From the NCBI GenBank assembly GCA_030674475.1, contig JAUSCZ010000029.1, positions 2,357 to 66,356 on the forward strand: 64,000 nucleotides of DNA, read 5' to 3'. The notes beneath the pieces are model-generated. The model was not told where the DNA came from. It was given only the letters and a program-made list of their open reading frames with translations, and ran no database searches. Each line of letters begins with the position of its first letter. Positions within the stretch are counted from its first letter, which is position 1. This document shows positions 12,001-21,000 of the stretch, in pieces. The translations under genes were made by a program, and so were the position numbers. This DNA is from Candidatus Omnitrophota bacterium. GTDB lineage: Bacteria > Omnitrophota > Gorgyraeia > Gygaellales > UBA12090.

Positions 12001-15000
12001 TAAGACCCGGCTCCATCCTTAAGATGCCGGGCAGCCTGCCCACAGTAACCAATGTAGGTATTAATGATGCAATAGCTGAATTTTTAGCCAATAAATTTAA
12101 TCCCCGCTTTGCCTATGATACTTATTCCAGATTCCTTGAATCTTACGGAGAAGGTGTCTATGGTATTTCCCGCGAGCGATTCACTCATCTTTGGGAAATT
12201 TATGCTTATGAGTCAGGCGTAAGTGATAGAAGCAAGATGAACGTCCGGCAGTTAAAAATACTTTGTGATAGATTCAAGAATCTTATTGTCGGGGAGCTGG
12301 AAATAATGGGGCAGGACAGCGGCGTTCTGGAGAGAGACTTAGCCAATCCTTTAGACCAGCTAAGGAAAGCGCTCAAGGCTGTCTTAAACTCATGGGAAAG
12401 AGAAGACGCGGTTACCTATCGCGCCTGCCACGGCATATCAAATAATTTTTACGCTTCCATTACCGTTCAGGCAATGGTTAATGGAAACTTAGACGCCGAA
12501 TCCGGGGCCGGGGTATTGATTTACCGGAGTGTTGAAGGCAGGATTATTATAACCGGAGAATATAGTTCCAACGCGCAGGGGCCGGACATCGCCGACGGCC
12601 TGATAAGGCCGGGTAAGATACATACGCTTAAAGAAAAAAATCCCCGCGCCTATAACCGGCTGTTAGAGGAAGCCGGGAAATTATCCGCGTGTTACTTTGT
12701 TGACCCTGAAATAGAGTTTACCGTCTCGGGTCAGGGGCAATTATGGTTTTTGCAGGTCAGCAGAGAGGCGCACAGAAAAAGAATTACCTGGAAGAAGCTA
12801 TCAGTGGAAGGACATAAACCGGCCGGCAGGGGAATAGGCGTCTATGGCGGAGGATTGCGCGGAAAAGTAATATTTGACGCCTTAGATATAACATCAATGA
12901 ATGAGGCCGCCCGGAAAGAAGGATTAGACGGGGCGATTATGGTGATGAATTATCCCCTGCCTTCGGATACGGGCTTGATTACCGGAAAGGGCCTTAAGGC
13001 TTTGCTTACCGCCAAAGGCGGTATCGGTTCCCACGGGGCAAGTATTGCCCGGGGCGACGGGATATACGCGATATTAGGCATTGATGAGTTGTTTTTTGAT
13101 GTTATGGCGGGGAAATGGTATCTGGGCGATAAGGAATTAAATAAAGGCGACATCTTAAGCCTGGATGCCCGGGCTGAGAGAGGCTATGTGTATCGGGGAT
13201 TAATTCCCTACGCGTCTGTTTCCTCCGCGATGGTGTATCCTGACGCGCGTGAGGTTATTAAGATAGGAATGACATCTTCGGCGATTTTCTCAAGGCGGGA
13301 AAATAGGCTGGCGCTCAATTTCAACGCGGGTTTGAAAAATACTAAAACCGGCAGCCCGCTGGAGGGAGAGGCTTCTTCTTTAGGCGGTTCGCTGAATCGT
13401 TGGGGGCGCGTTATTTATGAGAAACTATTTTATCCTTCAGACAATAAGGAAGGACAGCAAAGGTTCCGGACAATAGATGATGTTAAAAAGTCGCAAGAGG
13501 AAGACTCGCGGTGGTTAGAATTAAGTATTAAAACGTTGACAGAAGAAAACAGAGAAAAAATTTCAAAGCTATTGCCGGTGATGCGCGAGATTGATTCACT
13601 TGAGAAGGATTTAATCGGGCTTTCGGATGTTCAACTAAAAGCAAAAACAAATGAATTTAAGGCCCGGTTTAAGAATGGGGAAACTCTTGGCCAGCTTCTC
13701 CCTGAAGCTTTCGCGGTGGTCAGGGAGGCGTTCTTGAGGTTAAGCGGAAAGCGGATTTACAGCGTGCAAATGCTTGGGGGGATTGTCATTCATCAGAAAA
13801 AGGTCGCGGAAATTAAAACCGGCGAAGGCAAGACTTTTGTGGCCATGCTTCCGGCTTATTTAAGGGTATTGAGCGGACAAAAAGTCCATATTATTACCCA
13901 TAACCAATATTTGAGCACCAGGGATTTTAAGAAAACCGAATCTCTCTATCAATTCCTGGGAGTAACGGTAAATCTTAGGATTGATAGCCGCAAAAGGAAA
14001 ATCTTAAGTAAAATCTATGAGGCGGAGATCCTGTTTACCACAATAGAAACGGGATTTGATTTAATGAATGGAATTATTCCGTCGTCTCTACTGGCCGGCG
14101 CCTTTGCCATTATTGACGAAGCGGATTATTCCTTAATTGATTTAAATAACAATTCCTTAGTTCTTGTGCGAAAAAAAGGCGACAGCAAAGAATATTTTAA
14201 AGTTATTAAGAAGATATCCGCGAAAATGGAGCAGGGGTCGCATTATAAAATAGAATCAAAGTATCAGGTCTTGTTGACAGAAGCCGGCGTAAAATTTGTT
14301 AATGAATTTTTAGAAAGATTGAATTATCCATGGCTGAAAGGATATGAAGCCCAGACCAGGCTTTTAATTCAAATCTATCTGGCGACAGGTTTGCGTTATC
14401 AAAAAGGGATTGATTATTTGATCCATGGCGGCCAGGTTGTTCCTATTGACGAATTTACGGGGCGCCTTAAAGAAAGGCATCGGTTCGGATTGTATATTCA
14501 TCAACTTATTGAGCTAAGAGAGGGCATTAGGGTTGGGGGAGCTAAGCATGTTTTAACGTTGCCCGCGCCTGTGTTCTTTAATTATTATAAAGAGAAAGGA
14601 GGAATGACCGGCACGATTGATTTTCCCGTAGCGCGCCGTGAATTATCCAGGATTTACGGGATTTCCGACATTGTCGTTATCCCGACAAAATATCCCAGCC
14701 AGAGAATGGATTTACTCCCAAGAGTCTTTTTAGATGAGCGGAAACGAGATTCGAGCTTGGTGAGAAGAATTGAGGAATTGCGCGCGCAAGGAAACCCGGT
14801 TCTTTTGATCACCCAATCCGTGAATGAATCCGAAAGGTTAGAACGCTTATTGAAGGAACAGAAGCTCCCCTGCGAAATTCTTAATGCTGAAAATGAACGT
14901 GAAGAAAATAGAATAATCCACCAGGCAGGAGGCCAGGGGCAAATAACTATTTCAACTAATATGAGTGGCCGCGGAACAGATATTGTAATAGGTGAGCAGG

Positions 15001-18000
15001 TAGCAGAAAAAGGCGGCCTGGCGGTGCTGGTTACATTTAGGAGCGGCATAAGTCCGCGATTAGATTTTCAGGTGATGGGAAGGGCCGCAAGACAAGGTCA
15101 AAAAGGCAGCACGCAGTTTTTCCTTTATTTTGACCACTCGTTATATGGTTTTAAAAAAGCTGATTTCAAAATAAACGCGCAGGGGGATATAGATTTAGAG
15201 CGGCATCCCGATGTTTTGAGGCTTATTGACAATCAGCAAATGTCGGGGGAGGAAGCAATTTCTAAAAATCATCTTACGCAATTTATGCTGGATTATAGCC
15301 TTTATTTGCAAGAAAGATTTAATCACACATTTAAAAATTCGATTATGGATTTTTGTTATCGTTATATTCGTGAAAATGACAGGTTTTATAACGGTGTGTA
15401 TACCTCGGAGGTGTGGGACTCTTTAGAGTCCGCTTGGAGGGGTTTTCTTTATAGAAGACAGATATCTTTAACCTATCTTGATACTCTGATTTATACGAAT
15501 AAGATGTATAAAGAATTCAATGACCGAATGAGTAAGGATTTGGAAAAATCATTGTTTGAAGCAAAGCATATAAAGAAAATTCTGGCTAAAAAAGAGAAAA
15601 TAGATCAAGCATTGAAAAAGGCATGGAAAGAAACGACAGAACAATTTGTAAAGACTGAAGCTCGTATTCTAAAAGATATAGAATTGCCAGATAAGCCGCC
15701 GGATAAAATAAGATTAGAATATCGCTACCGAGAGGTTTCCAGTTCGCTGTGTCTCATCCGAGTATCAACACAAGGGGATTTGAAGCTAAATTCCGCCAGC
15801 CCGCTTGAGGAGGCGGGCCTGTCATTAGAAAAACATTCGGAAAATGGGGACGGTTCTATTTGTTTGAGCAGTCCGCTGGGAAAAGATAGAAAAACAGAAC
15901 CGTCCCGGTTTACGCGTTCACCTTTAGGCAGCAGTCCTCTGGCGGAAAGTGGAAAAAATATAATGGGAAGCTATTTTGATATTAAATTTAGGAATTCTGA
16001 AGAGTTTAGTACGGGGATACCTTTGTATGAAGGCTTTAGTTCCAGGATATCTTTGTCATTGCTTATAATGTGCGTTGCCTTTGCTTCTATAGCCATTTCT
16101 ATGATAAAGTTATCTTTTTTGTCTCTGCAAACATTAAGTTTAGTCCTGGGTTTTACTGCAATCGCCCTTAGCTTGATAACGGTTATTAATTCTTCAATAG
16201 TTAAAGGATCAACTTTTAATCTTTTCCTCTTGAAGACTTCCTTGATCTCTTCAATGAGCCTGTCAGAAATTATTAATGTGAATTTGCCTTCTTTAAAGGC
16301 ATGGTATATAGCTAAATTAGCGGGACTTTTAAGCAGGCAGGAGATGAAGATGTTGGTGTCAATGACCGCTTTTATATCGTGCATATACCTTTTTCCGGGA
16401 TATTTGGCATATCCTGTTTATTTCTTCCTCGGAGGGTATGCTTTTTATTTGGCCGCGTATATTATTTACCACATTATCCAGTCTTCTGGCCCAGGTAGTC
16501 TTTTCAAGCTTTCGCACCAATTGTATCTTTTTCTCAATAGGAAGTTTACCGATAAGCTTTTCTATATCAATAGTGGCAGTAATAGACATTTTATCTCCCT
16601 TTCTACTATAAAGCATACTATACTTTCAGTTATAAGTCAAGAATTTAGGGTGAAGCGCGGCACTTCTAACTTAACCGCTGCGGAAAAATGGGACGCTCAT
16701 ATTTTTGCCGGCAGCCCACTGGGGGAAAAGGAAAAAACGGCTGCTGCCCTTATTATTCAAATTATTTGCTCGGCATCCCCTGTATTTACATGTATCAGCG
16801 AAGGAAAGGAATATACTTATGGACAGCTTGTTGCCGGAACACTACTGGAAAATTATTTTAGTCATATTCACTGTTTGGGGGAGGAAAGCGGCTTTCCCCT
16901 TATTGTAGCTGACGGCCCTTCGGGAATAGGTAAAGGTATGTTGAAGCTTATGAAAGAATTTCTCGCGCGGTTACAGCTTGATATGTGTTATTGGCCTTTA
17001 GATATGTTTTTTATTGAGAGAGATAAACGTTACAAAATTATTAATGATGTGGTGGATGGTGTGATTCAAGGTGAAGATTATGATGAGGTGGGTTTTTGGA
17101 ATATGGCAGAAATTAAACGAGTCTTGAGCCGTAATAATGATTTCAAGAAATCAGGCAAGATGACAGAGAAGCTTTTTATACCAAAAGCATGGGATACAAT
17201 AAAGAAAGAATACCGGCCAAAAACAATAGTGTTAAAAAAGAAAAGCGTAGATGTTGTTGATTGGAAATATTCACATAAAGAAGAATTGCAAGCATATTAC
17301 GGTGATAATCCATTTCGTATACGTTTTATTGAAGATGAAGAAACGGTAAGAAAAAAGTATTATTCAAGAGAGCTTAAAACCCGCGGCCCGGGAAAAGATT
17401 TGGAAAGGCTTATGGCAGCTTACGATAAGTTGTTTGTGCCAAGTTATAAGCGGTATGTTCATCAATTAGGCGATAGATTTCCCATTTGTTTAGTAGATTT
17501 TTCTGATGATGAAGATTGCATTGCTTCTGACGGGTTCTCAAAGAAAGGGCGATCCCGGCCTTTTCAAGAAAAGGAGGCCGCTTTATATGCCGTCAACCCG
17601 ACCGTGGATGAGGCCGACAGCCCGGTGGGGGGAAATGATTCCGACTCATTTTCTAGTTCTCCAATGGATAGTAGCGATGATAGAGAAAAGATTAAAGAGG
17701 CAATCTCTGTGCTTAAATCAAGCAAAGGATACGGAATTCGCCTGGGGGCTTGTTTAAAAATTAAAGAAATAATAGAAAATAACCTATCTTTAGATGTGGA
17801 AGAATATTTTGATGACCTTTTAGGGCTTATGCTCGGCACAATAAGGGATAACGATGGTTCAAAGTCAACAGATGAAGTGTTTAGTGGCGTATGCGATATA
17901 ATTGGTTTATCTTTAAAAAGGAAAAAAAGCCTTGCCAATGAAGAGCGGATGGAAAAAATATTTAAGGTAGTTGATAATATAAGAGATTACGAATTTGGTT

Positions 18001-21000
18001 TTTCAAGGCTGTTAGGGCTTATCAGTAGTTTTATAATAAATAGTAAAATTTTTTCCGCAGAAACACAACAACCCGGAAAATCATTGGCCAAGCCGGTCTA
18101 TTATCAAAAAATCCTTACTATGGAATTTTCTTACGGACTAACGTTTACTCAATACGGCCTGACCAGGCTTGATATTTTTAACGCGGCAAATGAATTTATC
18201 CGTGCCAATCCTTTACTTGCTGAATATGAGGTTGATGCCCTGCGGCGAATTCTTCTTGATAGTGAATACTTTTTGAGCACGGCTATTGAAGATAGAGGTG
18301 TTATTGAACGCGCGTTACAAGCCACAATTGATATGACGTTAAAAATGATTGATTGTATCTCTGTAGTAATGTCATGTAACACTACATTCGTGAACAGGGA
18401 AATGATTGCGCCTATTCAATCTTTGCTCAGTAGCAGGCAGAAAATAATCAGGCTGTATGCCTTTAAAATAGTTCTGATTAATGCTGGCCAGTTAAATAAT
18501 CCACAGCTTTCTTTAGGAAAAATTATCCAAGAGACAGTTAAAAACCTGTCCGCGTATGGAATTAGCGTGGATAAAGCGATGTTCATTAAATTGTTAACCT
18601 TTATCTGGAGTCATCGTTTTGATGGTTTCAGTTTAGCTTCTTGGAGTATTTTATTGTCTTGTATATTAAAAAATGCTTCCCGGGAAAAGCAAGTTAAAGG
18701 ATTTTGGGGCGCTGTTCATAAATTCATAAACTGTTTTTCAAGAGAAGATACCAAAAATGTTTTAGCAGAGAATAAACATACGGATAATATTAATCGGATA
18801 GTCAGGATTTTGCGCTGGATAGACAAGCTTCATAAGCAATATCCTTCTATGGGCGCGGAAATACATTATTTTACAAAAGAAAGCGATATCTCCGAAAGAG
18901 AAAAAAACATATTCTTTGCCCAGTTCCTTGCGTTAACCCCAGGTCATAATTCTATACATCCTTATGAATATATTAAGGAAGCTGACTTTTTAGATATACG
19001 CGTTATGCCGGGGAGCTGGCCGGTTTTCTTTAGGCTGTGGAAAGAATTAAGTAGTTACGGTTTATTTGAACCCCTTAAGGATGATTATCCGCCGGCGGCG
19101 TATCACAGCTGTCTTAAGGGAGATTTTGGCCCGGATGTCCATAATTTTATTATCTCAAACACATTTTTAAATTGGCCTACTTTTTCTTCATTTGTCAGTA
19201 TCGACTACACTACAGGAAAAGACAGCGCGGAATTTGCTTTCGGGCAGGCCTATAATTATGTTGGCGTAACAATAAATGAATTGAGCGGCCTGATTGAATA
19301 TAGTTCTTCCCAGACCAATATTTTTGATTCATTTATAAAAACTTGTCATAAATTTAACGATACCCAAGGTAATCTTATTGGACAATATGATAGTTACCCG
19401 AGTTTTAACGATATTCCGAGAAAAGCTTTGTTGGCAATCGCCTTTTGCTCGCGAGACGAAAGATTGCAAAAAGTAAAAATAAAAGTTAAGGATATTATTT
19501 TTGATTGGCTGATTATGATAGGTATGCCCTTGGAATATATTGAAGGGTTACGTGATGAAGTATGGAGGGATGAGGGCGGAGGTATTACTACGACCCGTCC
19601 CCAATTAGCAAAGACATTAGAAAAAATAAAAGAAGTTATTGTCCTGCGGCAGGCCCAGCGGTATCTGGAAAGAGTGGACGATGATGCTAAGAAAGAATTG
19701 CAGGGATATATTAGCGTGAATGACATATTAGGGGCGGCGGGCATTCTGGATAAGATAAGACAAAGGGAGATTATCTATAAAGTTACCAGTTACACCCATC
19801 TTAATTTATGCGATCTCTCCGCGGAGGGCCTGAGAGGGGTGATTAACGAATTTAAGAAAAATCCCTTGAGCCCTGATTTAAAAGACTTAGAAAATAAAAT
19901 GGAAGCTGTCTTTAGGGAGATAAAAGGCATCATTTATACACCTTTAGAGGAAAAGATTATAGGATTATTTATTGATAACAGTTATCCTTTGGAGTCTGTC
20001 CCGGAGATTATTGACGATGTTCTGATAAAGGCTTTATCCGGCGGCACAAATGAAGAGGCAAAAACCCTTATAAACGAAATAGGCGGCCAGAAAGCTCAAG
20101 AAGCGCTTAAAGACATTAAAAAATCCTCCAGCCCGCTGGAGGAGGAGGAACTGCGCGAATTGCTCTCCGGCATTATCAGCTGTATAAACAACCCCTCACA
20201 AGCAGGATTAACCGGTTCCGTGGATAGTCTTTGTGAGTTTCTGCTGAAGCTGCCGTTGGGTGCTCTTAGAGAAAACCGTTTTTATAATTGTCTTCTTCAA
20301 GCCTTAAAGGGCGCGGTAAGCAAAACAGATTTAGGCGCTTTAAAGAATGATATATTAAAGCTGATTAATAACGCGATAGCGGTAAAGCTTAAATCTCTTC
20401 CCAGCGATTCAAACGAATATCAGCGCTATACGGAGACGCTTTTTTATCTGACTCTGCCGTATGTCAAAAAGGCGCTCAAGATGGGACAGATAAGGCTTTC
20501 GGATGATTTATTGGGAGAATTTTATCCCATCCTGTTATTATCTATTGACGGTTATGATGAGAGGAAAGGGGGAAATTTTCCCGCGTATTATAGTGATAGA
20601 CTTAAGAACGACGTGAACCAGCGAAGATTCGATACTTTTGCTTACGCGCGAGGTTCAGGAGAGGAGTATAGCGGAGAAGAATCTTGTTTTGAAACAGCCG
20701 CCGCTGAAAAAGCCAATAAAGAATACGTAAGCGCCGCGCGCGAAGAAGGAGCGGTTTGGGCTGCTAGCAAAAAAGAGATTGACGGCATAACGGATGAATT
20801 GTGGGAACAAATTAAGGGAGGAATAAAAGTTGTCTTGGCTTTAGGGGAAGAAAGAGTATCTCGTTTTGACAGCGGGTTATTAGAAAATTATTATAAACGG
20901 ATAAATGAATTTCGTGATGAAAATAAGATATTGCGCTGGAAAAAGCTAACGGAAGAATACCCGGGTTTGAGAGGTTTATATCGCGTTAAAGACCATTTTA

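Noticed and set aside
16040-16500. Apparent multi-pass transmembrane domain in the giant protein
   Set aside because: The hydrophobicity is the antisense reading of the Lys/Glu/Ile-rich TA genes, so it is not evidence of an evolved membrane domain, though it could still insert.
472-19744. Other short minus-strand and alternate-frame ORFs inside the giant gene
   Set aside because: No recognisable motifs, RBS or promoters; typical shadow ORFs, unlike the TA pair.
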